Notes: generated by a model not told the origin, from the letters alone. 64,000 bases of DNA from an uncultured Syntrophaceae bacterium (GCA_964492965.1 CAZBME010000001.1:210705-274704); one strand, 5' to 3'. Shown: positions 46,161 to 55,483, counted from the stretch's first letter. Numbers and translations are program-made.

Positions 46161-46949
46161 ATGATGCATTACACCACCATTCTGGTTGAAAAAAAATCCG
46201 ATCTGAAGATTGCCGTTATTACCCTGAACCGCCCGGATGTCCGAAATGCCATCAACGGCGCCATGCGGGATGATCTGTATCGGGCCATTGCGGAACTTGA
46301 GGCTGACGAAGATGTCCGGGCCGTCATCCTGACTGGCGGACCGAAGGTTTTTGCCGCCGGAGCCGATATCGCAGCCATGGTGAATAACACGGCCATGGAT
46401 ATGTTCGGCGGCGGCGCCGCCCTGTGGGACATTACCTTTAAAATGGAGGAGTCAAAGAAACCATTTATTGCTGCTATTTCCGGATTCTGCCTTGGCGGCG
46501 GCTGCGAACTGGCCATGGGCTGCGATATCCGGATCGCCTCGGAAAACGCACAGTTTGGCCAGCCGGAAATCAATATCGGGATTATGCCGGGAGCCGGCGG
46601 CACGGTGCGCCTGACACGGTTGGTCGGCATCGGAAAGGCAAAGGAGCTTTGTCTCACGGGAAGAATTGTCCCGGCATCGGAGGCCCTGTCGATAGGCCTG
46701 ATAAACAAGGTGGTCATGGAAGACACCCTGATGGAAGAAGCTGTTGCCATGGCGAAGATGATCACCCGGCACAGCCCTGTGGCGGTCAGTCTGACCAAGT
46801 ATTCCGTGCAGAATGCGGCAGAGACGGACCTTCATACCGGTAAATCCATCGAGCGTTCCTGTTTCTCCCTGGCCTTTGCCAGCGAAGACCAGACGGAAGG
46901 CATGAAGGCGTTTTTGGAAAAGAGAAAACCCAATTACCAGGGCAAGTAG
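46161..46949 (+). CDS. enoyl-CoA hydratase/isomerase (crotonase family)
   Basis: Motifs ITLNRPDVRNA, LTGGPKVFAAGADI and GFCLGGGCELAMGCDIRIA are present. The ATG at 46161 follows AAGGAG. Confidence 0.92.
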   Translation: MMHYTTILVEKKSDLKIAVITLNRPDVRNAINGAMRDDLYRAIAELEADEDVRAVILTGGPKVFAAGADIAAMVNNTAMDMFGGGAALWDITFKMEESKKPFIAAISGFCLGGGCELAMGCDIRIASENAQFGQPEINIGIMPGAGGTVRLTRLVGIGKAKELCLTGRIVPASEALSIGLINKVVMEDTLMEEAVAMAKMITRHSPVAVSLTKYSVQNAAETDLHTGKSIERSCFSLAFASEDQTEGMKAFLEKRKPNYQGK

Positions 46950-47024
46950 GAAACATCCCGGCAGAAGCATCCTGTTATTTTAGCGGCTACTATAAGTGAA
47001 GGGCAGACGTTTGGTATTACTTTG

Positions 47025-47993
47025 ATGAAAGCTGAAGAGCATATCACGATTGTCGAGGTATCACCCCGCGACGGGCTTCCGGCCGTATGCGCAGGAGTAT
47101 CAACAGCCGACAAGATCATGTATATAGACGCTCTTATCAATGCCGGACTAACACAAATCGAGGTTGCGGCCTTCACACACCCTCGGCTTATCCCGGAAAA
47201 TGCCGATGCCGAAAAAGTCGTTTCCGGTATTAGGAAAAAAGCGGGTGTCACGACCATCGGATTGGTTCCCAATGAAATCGGTTGCCGCAGGGCTTTAGTG
47301 ACAGAGATTGATGAAATATTAACGATCATCGCAACAACTGATATTTTCAACCAATTCAATACTGGGAAAACAAGAAGGCAATCCCTTTACAAAGTGATTC
47401 CCTCGATTTTCGAAGCGGCGGCAGCGGAGGGGAAAAAGTCGAGAACCTATCTCATGACCGCATTCGGATGCCCTTATACAGGGAAAATCCCTTGCGAGGA
47501 GATCATACAACTTTTCTTAAGATTATCTTGTATGGGTGCTAAAGAGGTTACTCTGCTTGATTCAACGGGAATGGCCAATCCAAGGCAGGTGAAGGAACTC
47601 GTAAGGCAAGTCATGGATTTGAAGACAGGAACCAGCCTGGCCGTTCATTTCCACAACACGAAAGGCACGGCTTTGACAAACTGTGTAGCTGCCTATGAGG
47701 CCGGTGCCCGGACTTTTTATTCTTCGGTCGGCGGTTTGAGCGGTACACCATCCGGAGCCATGGAATTGGTATTCGGATACTGGAACGTCCCGACGGAAGA
47801 TATTGTTCATCTCTTCGAAGAGATGGGAATCCATACAGGGATAAATATCGAACATCTGCTCGAATGCGTCAAGATGGCGGAATCGCTTGCAGGCAAAACC
47901 TTGCCGGGCCATCTCCTGAGGGCAGGACCCAATTCTCGGCTGCTCAAACCTCCCGATCCCACTACACTCATAAAAGACCGTATACTTCAGTAG
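47025..47993 (+). CDS. HMG-CoA-lyase-like DRE-TIM metallolyase, divergent paralog 2
   Basis: IVEVSPRDGLPA, AVHFHNTKGTAL and SVGGLSGTPSG are present. By eye it is roughly 55-60% identical to paralog 1. Confidence 0.85.
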   Translation: MKAEEHITIVEVSPRDGLPAVCAGVSTADKIMYIDALINAGLTQIEVAAFTHPRLIPENADAEKVVSGIRKKAGVTTIGLVPNEIGCRRALVTEIDEILTIIATTDIFNQFNTGKTRRQSLYKVIPSIFEAAAAEGKKSRTYLMTAFGCPYTGKIPCEEIIQLFLRLSCMGAKEVTLLDSTGMANPRQVKELVRQVMDLKTGTSLAVHFHNTKGTALTNCVAAYEAGARTFYSSVGGLSGTPSGAMELVFGYWNVPTEDIVHLFEEMGIHTGINIEHLLECVKMAESLAGKTLPGHLLRAGPNSRLLKPPDPTTLIKDRILQ

Positions 47994-48033
47994 GAAGGCG
48001 AATCGGCAACATCAGCCGTGTTGAATATAAAAA

Positions 48034-48066
48034 ACGGGGGGGATGCCATACCGTTCACCCCCCCGT
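48034..48066. terminator. bidirectional terminator hairpin between convergent operons
   Basis: ACGGGGGGG-(15 nt)-CCCCCCCGT forms a 9-bp G/C stem, flanked by an A-run upstream and TCTCAATT downstream. Confidence 0.65.
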
Positions 48067-48084
48067 CTCAATTAGATATGGTTA

Positions 48085-49542
48085 TTATTCTTTTATCCCG
48101 GCAATCTTCTTGGCGATCTTTTTCTTGTGCTCCAGGTTCCCCTGGCGGGCGATCATGATTCGCTGGGCCTGGGGCGATCCGGCGCCGTGCATGGATTCGG
48201 TCCGGTAGCCGACAGCCGCCGTTCCCAGGGTCAGGTTCTCCACGAGCCTTAAAATACGGCATCTTTCTTCCGGCGTCACATCGGCGGCACCCTTCAAATA
48301 TTTCTCGAGGACTTTGCCGATTTCCGGATGGCGGAAATCCTTTTCCGAGGCCATAGTCACCATGAGGCCACCGGCAATGTCTTCGGCTAAACGGCAGATC
48401 TCGTAAGGGAATCGGGTCACATTCTGTTTGCAGACGTTGGCCAGCAGCAGGTCGATCAGGTACGTACCCGAAGCCGTTTTGTGACCTTCCGCCGAACAGG
48501 CGATGCCGCAGGAATAAAGGGTCTCATTCAGGTGGGTCATTTCGATGAGTTTGTCCTTGACGTGAGAGGCCTTGGCTGCGCCGTTGTAGTCGGCCGCCAA
48601 AGCCGCCGCGCCGATCAATACGTCGCCCACACCGGCCTTGCATCCTCCGTAGCTCTGGCGATGATATCCGGCAAACCGCTCCACCAAAAGACCGCTGAAC
48701 TCGTATTCCCCGCACATAAGGACATTCTCCCAGGGGATGAAAAGATTATCGAACACCATGAGGGCTTCATGACCGCCGAACTGGGCGTTTCCCACATCGA
48801 TGTCGCTTCCTTCCAGCTTCCGTGTGTCGCAGGACTGGCGTCCATAGATGTAGAAGATCCCTTCGGCATCCGCCGGCGCCACGAAAGAAACGGCATAGTC
48901 GGCATCATCCTTTCCCATGGCAATGGTCGGCATTGCGAGAATCCAATGGGAATTGACCGCTCCCGTCTGGTGGGCCTTTGCGCCGCGAACTACGATACCC
49001 TTATCGTTTTTCTCCACGACATGGACAAACATATCAGGATCCGCCTGCTTGCTGGGGGCCAGGTTACGGTCCCCTTTCGTGTCCGTCATGGCACCATCCA
49101 CGGTGAGATCCTCTTCCTGGATCATGAGCAAAAACTTTTTAAAGCGCTCATGATAGGTCGTGCCGAGTTTCTGGTCCATTTCGAAGGTGACGCTGTCCAC
49201 GGCATTGATGGCGTCCATCCCGACGCACCGCTGAAAGCAGGATCCTGTCTTTTGCCCCAGAAGCCGCTGCATCTTGACCTTTCTGACCAAGTCTTCCGTG
49301 CTCTGATGGAGATGACAGAACCGGTTGATCTTCTTGCCCGACAAATGGGAGGTAGCCGTCATCAGGTCCTCATGCTGGGGATCCTGGGCCGAGGCGTAGG
49401 TCATTTTTACGGAATTCATCGATGGCCTGATGATGGGATGGTCCACGGGATTCTTGACCAGTTCTCCCATCATGTAAATCTTGAAATTCATCTTGCGCAA
49501 ACTCTCTTCATACTGCTCAGGCGTCTTCAGTGCCATATCCAT
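48085..49542 (-). CDS. abfD: 4-hydroxybutyryl-CoA dehydratase / vinylacetyl-CoA delta-isomerase family protein
   Basis: Length and N-terminus fit AbfD/HpaB-fold proteins. GSCFQRCVGMD carries the CxxxC pair used for the [4Fe-4S] cluster in AbfD. Confidence 0.85.
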   Translation of the reverse strand: MDMALKTPEQYEESLRKMNFKIYMMGELVKNPVDHPIIRPSMNSVKMTYASAQDPQHEDLMTATSHLSGKKINRFCHLHQSTEDLVRKVKMQRLLGQKTGSCFQRCVGMDAINAVDSVTFEMDQKLGTTYHERFKKFLLMIQEEDLTVDGAMTDTKGDRNLAPSKQADPDMFVHVVEKNDKGIVVRGAKAHQTGAVNSHWILAMPTIAMGKDDADYAVSFVAPADAEGIFYIYGRQSCDTRKLEGSDIDVGNAQFGGHEALMVFDNLFIPWENVLMCGEYEFSGLLVERFAGYHRQSYGGCKAGVGDVLIGAAALAADYNGAAKASHVKDKLIEMTHLNETLYSCGIACSAEGHKTASGTYLIDLLLANVCKQNVTRFPYEICRLAEDIAGGLMVTMASEKDFRHPEIGKVLEKYLKGAADVTPEERCRILRLVENLTLGTAAVGYRTESMHGAGSPQAQRIMIARQGNLEHKKKIAKKIAGIKE

Positions 49543-49662
49543 TTCCTCCTTGAAGCGCGGCTTTTTTGTTGGATCATTCCTTAATATGATCAGATTCCGA
49601 TAAATGTCAACTGCTGCAAATGTTATAAATGATCTTTATATTAAATCCCGAGTCGCAACCTG

Positions 49663-50799
49663 TCAGCTCAGGATATGATTGGAAATCACCACCCGCTGGA
49701 TCTGATTGGTGCCCTCATAGATCTGCATGACCTTGGCATCGCGCATGCACATTTCCACGCCGTATTCCCTGAGGTACCCGTAACCCCCGAGGATCTGCAC
49801 AGCGTTGTTCGTCACCCGCATGGCCATATCCGCGGCAAAGCATTTGGCATAAGAGGCCATATAGTTGAAGGGCATATTGTTCATGGCAAGCCAGCAGGCC
49901 TTGTAGGTTAAGAGTCTTGCGGCCTCGATCTCCATGGCCATATCGGCCATCATGAACCGCAGGGCCTGGAGATTGGAAATCGGATGCCCGAAGGCCGTCC
50001 TTTCTTTTGAGTACTTGACGGCCAGTTCAAAGGCCCGAACGGCAATGCCGATGGCCTCCGCAGCCACGGAAGGCCTGGAAAGATCGAGGGCCTTCATGCA
50101 GATGCCAAAGCCCTGCCCTTCCTCGCCCAGACGATTCTCCACGGGGACACGCACATCCTCAAAGTTCACCTGCCGTGTATCCGAGGTCCGAATCCCCATC
50201 TTTTTCTCCTCCGGACCGACGGAAATGCCCGGGGTGTCCCGATCCACAATGAATCCCACAATACCCTTGTAGCGCAGTTTCTTGTCTGTGGTGGCAAATA
50301 CCGTATAGATATCGGCCACACCGCCATTCGTGATGAACTGCTTGCTGCCGTTGAGAATATAAGAGTCGCCATCGCGGCGGGCCGTCATGGCCAGTCCCGC
50401 CACATCGGAGCCTGCTCCCGGCTCGGTCAGGCAAAACGCCCCCAGTTTTCCTTCGTTGAGGACATCAAAATAGTGTTTTTTCTGGGCCTCATTCCCACCG
50501 ACCACGACCGGCTCAGGGGAAAGGAGTGTGCTCGCCGCCATCGTGGCGCCCACGCCGGCGCCGCCGTAGCAAAGCTCTTCCGTCACGATGATCTGGCCCA
50601 GCATATCAATACCGGGACCGCCGAACTCCTCCGGCACACCAGCCGTCAGGAGTCCTACTTCGTGCATTTTTTTGATAACCGGCCAGGGAAATTCTTCCTT
50701 GTCGTCATACTCGAGGATCACAGGAATAATCTCCTGTTCCGCAAATTTGCGGGCCATTTTTCTTAACGCTTCATGTTCTTCTGTTAATTGAAAGTCCAT
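49663..50799 (-). CDS. acyl-CoA dehydrogenase (butyryl-CoA dehydrogenase-like)
   Basis: Motifs LTEPGAGSDV, FITNGG and the C-terminal IYEGTNQIQRVVISNHIL are present. Confidence 0.92.
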   Translation of the reverse strand: MDFQLTEEHEALRKMARKFAEQEIIPVILEYDDKEEFPWPVIKKMHEVGLLTAGVPEEFGGPGIDMLGQIIVTEELCYGGAGVGATMAASTLLSPEPVVVGGNEAQKKHYFDVLNEGKLGAFCLTEPGAGSDVAGLAMTARRDGDSYILNGSKQFITNGGVADIYTVFATTDKKLRYKGIVGFIVDRDTPGISVGPEEKKMGIRTSDTRQVNFEDVRVPVENRLGEEGQGFGICMKALDLSRPSVAAEAIGIAVRAFELAVKYSKERTAFGHPISNLQALRFMMADMAMEIEAARLLTYKACWLAMNNMPFNYMASYAKCFAADMAMRVTNNAVQILGGYGYLREYGVEMCMRDAKVMQIYEGTNQIQRVVISNHILS

Positions 50800-50827
50800 A
50801 TATTCTTCACGCTCCAGTCATTGCTAT

Positions 50828-52009
50828 TTAAATGGATTCCACAATAAATGCATGCGCCGGGCCGCCGCTGGCGCACAGGGAGGCGCAGCCGTATTTCACG
50901 CCTCGGCGCTTCATCTCGTTGATCATCGTGATGATGAGCCGGGCGCCCGTGGCCCCGACGGGATGCCCCAGGCCGATTCCCGACCCGACGGCATTCAGGC
51001 GGTCCAGGCTGATCTTCAATTCGCGGTTGACACCCAGAACCTGCGCCGCAAAAGCCTCATTGAATTCCCAGTAATCAACCTGATCCTGCTTCAGACCGGC
51101 AAATTTCAAGGCGTTGCGGACGGCGGGCACGACGCCCATGCCCATGATCCGGGGTTCCACAGAACCGGGAGCCGAGGCAACCACCCTGGCGATAGGTTTG
51201 ATACCCATTTTCCGGGCCGTCTCCGCAGCCATCATAATCATTGCCGAACCTGCATCGTTTAATCCGGAGGCATTCCCCGCCGTGACAGTGCCGTCTTTCT
51301 TGAATGCCGGTTTCAGCTTTGCCAGACCCTCCATCGTCGTCGCGGCAACCGGGTGCTCATCCGTATCAAAAACTGCCGGGCCTTTCTTCGTCTTGATCTC
51401 AACCGGGACAATTTCATCCTTGAACAAGCCTGCCTTGATGGCTTCGCAGGCCCGTAAATTGCTCATCATGGCAAATTCGTCCTGCTCCTCCCTGGTAATG
51501 CCATACTGTTCCGCTATATTGTCGGCCGTGATGCCCATGTGATAACCCAGCAGGTCATCAACCAACCCCCCGATCATGAGGCTGTCCTGAACCTGCTCGG
51601 CATTGCCCAGACGATAACCCTTGCGGGCGCCCATCAATAAATAGGGTGCGTTGCTCATACTCTCAACCCCGACCACGGCGCCGACATCAATCTTGCCCAG
51701 CATGATCTCCTGGGACAAAAGTTCCGAGGCGCGCATGGAAGAGGCGCACTGCTGATGAACCGTAAAGGCGAAGGACTCGATGGGCAATTCCGCCCGCATG
51801 GCGATGTGTCTGGCCGTGTTTCCCGGGGCACCCGCCTGGTTGCACTGTCCGGCGACAACCTCCTTGATCACGCTCTTATCGACACCCGCCTTCTCGATGG
51901 CCCCGTTTAACGCAAAAACGCCCAACTGGACAGGGCTGAAACCTGAAAGCGACCCCATATAGTTGCCAATCGCTGTTCTCGCTCCGCTGATAATAACGAC
52001 TTCTCTCAT
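50828..52009 (-). CDS. acetyl-CoA acetyltransferase (thiolase II-like)
   Basis: Motifs VHQQCASSMRA (nucleophilic Cys), NAVGSGIGLGHPVGATGAR and LCASGGPAHA are present. Confidence 0.92.
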   Translation of the reverse strand: MREVVIISGARTAIGNYMGSLSGFSPVQLGVFALNGAIEKAGVDKSVIKEVVAGQCNQAGAPGNTARHIAMRAELPIESFAFTVHQQCASSMRASELLSQEIMLGKIDVGAVVGVESMSNAPYLLMGARKGYRLGNAEQVQDSLMIGGLVDDLLGYHMGITADNIAEQYGITREEQDEFAMMSNLRACEAIKAGLFKDEIVPVEIKTKKGPAVFDTDEHPVAATTMEGLAKLKPAFKKDGTVTAGNASGLNDAGSAMIMMAAETARKMGIKPIARVVASAPGSVEPRIMGMGVVPAVRNALKFAGLKQDQVDYWEFNEAFAAQVLGVNRELKISLDRLNAVGSGIGLGHPVGATGARLIITMINEMKRRGVKYGCASLCASGGPAHAFIVESI

Positions 52010-52131
52010 AATGCTTCCTTTCTATTCGGTCATTTCTTTAAAATGGATTTTTTCCAGGCAAAGAATCACTCATTAATCTCCGCACAAAGGACAAACACCC
52101 CCATTAGGCACAATGTCCCCCGAATATGAAT

Positions 52132-52147
52132 TACAATTGTTGTGCCA
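52132..52147 (-). promoter_or_regulatory. sigma-54-type promoter with a non-canonical -12 (thiolase-ACAD-abfD operon)
   Basis: The minus strand reads TTGGCAC-AACAA-TTGTA. The -24 is perfect and the register correct, but the -12 is TTGT rather than TTGC. It lies about 125 nt upstream of the thiolase start and shares its form with the site at 55470-55483. Confidence 0.55.
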
Positions 52148-52241
52148 ATGACGAAACGTTACGTTCTTTTGGATTAAACTACCACATATCAAAGGGATGC
52201 GTTATTCAAGAATGTTGGTGAACAAGGTAAACTGAAATATT

Positions 52242-52290
52242 TGATTCAGCAATGGATCAGTTATCATAGGAATGATCCATTGTTGAATCA
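52242..52290. promoter_or_regulatory. tandem 18-bp palindromes (putative enhancer/UAS for the CBS-PAS EBP), sites A and B
   Basis: Site A is TGATTCAGCAATGGATCA (52242-52259) and site B is TGATCCATTGTTGAATCA (52273-52290). Their centres are 31 bp apart, about 95-145 bp upstream of the promoter at 52132-52147. Confidence 0.65.
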
Positions 52291-52321
52291 GTGATCTCCG
52301 GCGGTGTAAAAACCGAATGGG

Positions 52322-53965
52322 CTATTTATAAATCTTTCGCAACTCAATCTTGTTGATTTTACCGACGCTGGTTTTGGGCAAGGCAGCGGCAATCTCTACC
52401 CGGTCAGGAACGCCATACTTGGGAATTTTGCCGCCCTCAGCCTGTTTGAGAAGAAACTGCCGAAGTTCCTCCCCTGTGGTTTTATCCTTGAATTCAGGTT
52501 TCAGTACGGCAATCATGAAGGGCCGCTCGCCCCATTTGGCATCGGAGATGCCGATGGCAGCCGCCTCAAGGATGGCCTCGTGCTGGCTGAGCAGGTTTTC
52601 CAGATCCAGCGAAGAAATCCATTCGCCGCCCGTTTTGATGACATCCTTGATCCGGTCCGTAACCTGAAGATAACCCTCACGATCAATATAGCCGATATCT
52701 CCCGTGTGGAGCCAACCGTCCACCCAAAGCTCCCTCGCCCGTTCCTCATCGTGATGGTAACCCGCGGTCAGCCAGGGCGCACGGACACAGACCTCCCCGG
52801 TGGCAACGCCATCATGGGGAACCTCGTTGCCGGCGGGATCAAACAGGCGCATATAGACAAGAGGAGCCGGGAGGCCCGTCTTGATCAAGGTATCGATCTG
52901 CTTCTCCTTCGGCTCCCCCAGCATCGAGGGCTTCAGATTGGATACCGTCAGAAGGGGGCAGGTTTCAGACATGCCGTAACCGGCGAAAATATTGATCCCC
53001 AGTTCCATGGCCGCCAGGGCCAGTCCCTTTGTAAGGCGGGCCCCGCCAATGACGACTTTCCAGAAGGAGAGGTCCAGCCCCTTGGGGGCGGCACTGATGA
53101 CCATCTGTACAATAGTTGGGACGCAATGGGAGTAAGTAACCCGCTCTTTCAAAATCAGTTTCAGGAGCAGTTCCGGTTCATAACGTCCGGGATAGACCTG
53201 CTTCATCCCGAGCAGGGTCGCGGCGTAGGGATAACCCCAGGCATGAACGTGAAACATGGGTGTCAGAGGCATATAGACGTCCGTTGACCGGAAGCGGCCT
53301 ACAGATTCGTAAGCACCTGTTGCGGTATGCTGAACAAGGCATTGCAGGACCAGTTGCCGATGGGAAAAATAGACGCCCTTGGGCAGGCCCGTGGTTCCCG
53401 TCGTATAGAAGGTTGTGGCCCGGGTGTTTTCATCAAAATCGGGAAAGTCGTAGGAGGACGACGCTCCGGCCAGCATGGCCTCGTATTCCCCGTCCAAAGG
53501 TATCTTCGATGCGGGCGGCAAGTCGTCATCCGTAATGAGAATCACCTTCCCGACCGTCGTGAGTTTATCCCAGACAGCCTCCAGCAGAGGCAGGAAGTCG
53601 ACATGAATCAAAACGACCTTGTCTTCGGCGTGATTCATCGTATAGAGGATCTGCTCCGGAGAAAGCCGCCAGTTTTGCGTATGGAGAACCGCCCCCATCA
53701 TGGGAATGGCAAAAAAGCACTCCAGATAACGGTGGCTGTCATAGTCAAAGACGCAGATCGTATCGCCCCTGCGGACCCCCAGCTTTTCGAGGCCGGCGGC
53801 CAGCCTGTTGATCCGCTCAAAAAGGGTGATGTATGAATACCGGAGCTTGTCCCGGTAGATGATCTCCTGATTGGGCGCCAGAAAGCGGGGCGTTTCGAGG
53901 ATGTGTTTGATCAGTAATTGATAGTTATAGCTTTCTCCCGGTTCATATACCTTTTCGTCTTTCAT
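52322..53965 (-). CDS. AMP-forming acyl-CoA synthetase
   Basis: Motifs YTTGTTGLPKGVYFSH, GYGMSE, WLHTGDIG and PKTSVGKINK are present. Confidence 0.92.
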   Translation of the reverse strand: MKDEKVYEPGESYNYQLLIKHILETPRFLAPNQEIIYRDKLRYSYITLFERINRLAAGLEKLGVRRGDTICVFDYDSHRYLECFFAIPMMGAVLHTQNWRLSPEQILYTMNHAEDKVVLIHVDFLPLLEAVWDKLTTVGKVILITDDDLPPASKIPLDGEYEAMLAGASSSYDFPDFDENTRATTFYTTGTTGLPKGVYFSHRQLVLQCLVQHTATGAYESVGRFRSTDVYMPLTPMFHVHAWGYPYAATLLGMKQVYPGRYEPELLLKLILKERVTYSHCVPTIVQMVISAAPKGLDLSFWKVVIGGARLTKGLALAAMELGINIFAGYGMSETCPLLTVSNLKPSMLGEPKEKQIDTLIKTGLPAPLVYMRLFDPAGNEVPHDGVATGEVCVRAPWLTAGYHHDEERARELWVDGWLHTGDIGYIDREGYLQVTDRIKDVIKTGGEWISSLDLENLLSQHEAILEAAAIGISDAKWGERPFMIAVLKPEFKDKTTGEELRQFLLKQAEGGKIPKYGVPDRVEIAAALPKTSVGKINKIELRKIYK

Positions 53966-53986
53966 CTCCCCCCCATTTTATATAAG

Positions 53987-54015
53987 GCAGGGGCAGGTTT
54001 CAATCCTGCCCCTGC
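53987..54015 (-). other. perfect 11-bp intercistronic hairpin between the SBP and acyl-CoA synthetase genes
   Basis: GCAGGGGCAGG-(7 nt)-CCTGCCCCTGC has no U-tract. It may act as a partial terminator or mRNA stabiliser. Confidence 0.5.
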
Positions 54016-54044
54016 AAATATCTGTTTACCCGTATGCCTCGCCC

Positions 54045-55280
54045 TTACTCCGCTTTCTTCCAAGTCAGCGGACTTGTCGATTTCGTGATTTTTTTCACTT
54101 GGTTGAATTCCTGCTGTGTTTTGGGCCACCAGGCATAGACAGCCGCCGGCGTCGGTTGCCCGCCCTTCACCATCTGGGCATAGGGGAATATTTCCATCCG
54201 ACCGTCGCTCGTTATCCCATGCGCTTCCGTCGGGAATCGATCACCGAGCATCGGGAAGGCCTTGGAAAAAGACGCCCGGATCGCCGCTATATTATTGACG
54301 GCGCCTGAAGCGGCTATAGCCCTTGCCAGAGCCTGCATCCCCATATAATTCTGTATCGCCTCCATGTTACAGATTCGTTTGTAGGTCGTTGTATATCTCT
54401 TGTTGAAGGCGGCATTGGCAGCAAAAGGAATGGAATCCACCGCGGCCACGCTGATCGTATTTTCCAGGAGTTTCTTATCTTTGAGGATACTGGCAACATA
54501 ATCAGCCCGTGCCTGATCGATGAAGATAAAACCGCCCTTAAAGCCCATGGAGCGGGCCTGCTCAACGACAAGGGCCGTCGTGGCCGACGGGCCTCCGATA
54601 AACATGACATCGGGTTTTGTTGCCAGAGCGGCTGTTAGCTGGCTGGAAAAATCGGTTTCCGTATAGTAATTGGCAGGCTTGTCAATGGTAATCGTGCCGC
54701 CAAGTTTTTCCCAGTAAGTTTTGAAGTAGGCGCGATTTTCATCGCCATAGGCGCCGAGGGTGACAAGCATGGCGGCTTTGCGCCAGCCCTGCTGCCATGC
54801 CATGTCGGCGAAAGAGCTATTGTAAACAGTAAAGGGCGGGGGTATCAAAACGGCCAGTTTGTTTCCCAACTGTGTGGCCTTGGGTGTGCTGGTATAGCCC
54901 ATCAGCAGGAACTCATTCCCCTTTTCTTCATTGATCTTCATGAGCGGCGCAATGCAATTGAAGACAGGACTGAAGACCGCCACGGCCCCATTGGAACGAA
55001 AGCGCCTGGCGTTATTGATCGCCTGGGTCGGATCAACCCGGTCATCCAGTTTTTCCAGCTTGAAAAGATAACTCTTCCCCTTGACCTTGATGCCACCGGC
55101 GGCATTCATGTCTTTGACCGCCATTTCAATACCGTTGAGACAATCCTGACCATACTCTGCCGCCGGTCCACTCAAGGGCCCCGTGTATCCGATCAGAATT
55201 TCTTCAGCGCCACCAACCGCTGCCCAGGCAAACACCACACCGACGATTATTAAACAGATAAAACTTTTCAAACCCTTCAT
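54045..55280 (-). CDS. periplasmic substrate-binding protein, type-I PBP (LivJ/K-like, Peripla_BP_6); no cognate ABC permease or ATPase genes nearby
   Basis: A signal peptide is followed by the family-typical N-terminus ILIGYTGPLSGPAAEYGQDCLNGIEMAVKDMNAAGGI. Confidence 0.88.
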   Translation of the reverse strand: MKGLKSFICLIIVGVVFAWAAVGGAEEILIGYTGPLSGPAAEYGQDCLNGIEMAVKDMNAAGGIKVKGKSYLFKLEKLDDRVDPTQAINNARRFRSNGAVAVFSPVFNCIAPLMKINEEKGNEFLLMGYTSTPKATQLGNKLAVLIPPPFTVYNSSFADMAWQQGWRKAAMLVTLGAYGDENRAYFKTYWEKLGGTITIDKPANYYTETDFSSQLTAALATKPDVMFIGGPSATTALVVEQARSMGFKGGFIFIDQARADYVASILKDKKLLENTISVAAVDSIPFAANAAFNKRYTTTYKRICNMEAIQNYMGMQALARAIAASGAVNNIAAIRASFSKAFPMLGDRFPTEAHGITSDGRMEIFPYAQMVKGGQPTPAAVYAWWPKTQQEFNQVKKITKSTSPLTWKKAE

Positions 55281-55469
55281 CTCTTTACTTCCTCCTCTCT
55301 CAGTCTGCTTTTTGAGCTTTCCCCCCTCTTTTGCTGAAGGAAAGGATGAAACTAAACCAGATACGTTAATGTTTTATGCCGGCAACTTGAACTGATACCT
55401 GCTCGATCACCTCCCTCTCATGATTTTGATATAAATCTAACGATCCCCGCTTATATGTTTATTTTCGTT

Positions 55470-55483
55470 CAATTGTCGTGCCA
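55470..55483 (-). promoter_or_regulatory. sigma-54-type promoter with a non-canonical -12 (SBP / acyl-CoA synthetase operon)
   Basis: The minus strand reads GTGGCAC-GACAA-TTGAA. It has the same TGGCAC-RACAA-TTGW form and register as 52132-52147, and lies about 190 nt upstream of the SBP start. Confidence 0.5.

Noticed and set aside
55290-55345. A third copy of the GRE-operon intergenic repeat may lie in the SBP leader (CCCCCCTCTTTTGCTGAAGGAAAGG).
   Set aside because: The resemblance is limited to a short C-run plus T-run. Its orientation relative to the gene is opposite to copies A and B. This is not enough to call homology without a proper alignment.
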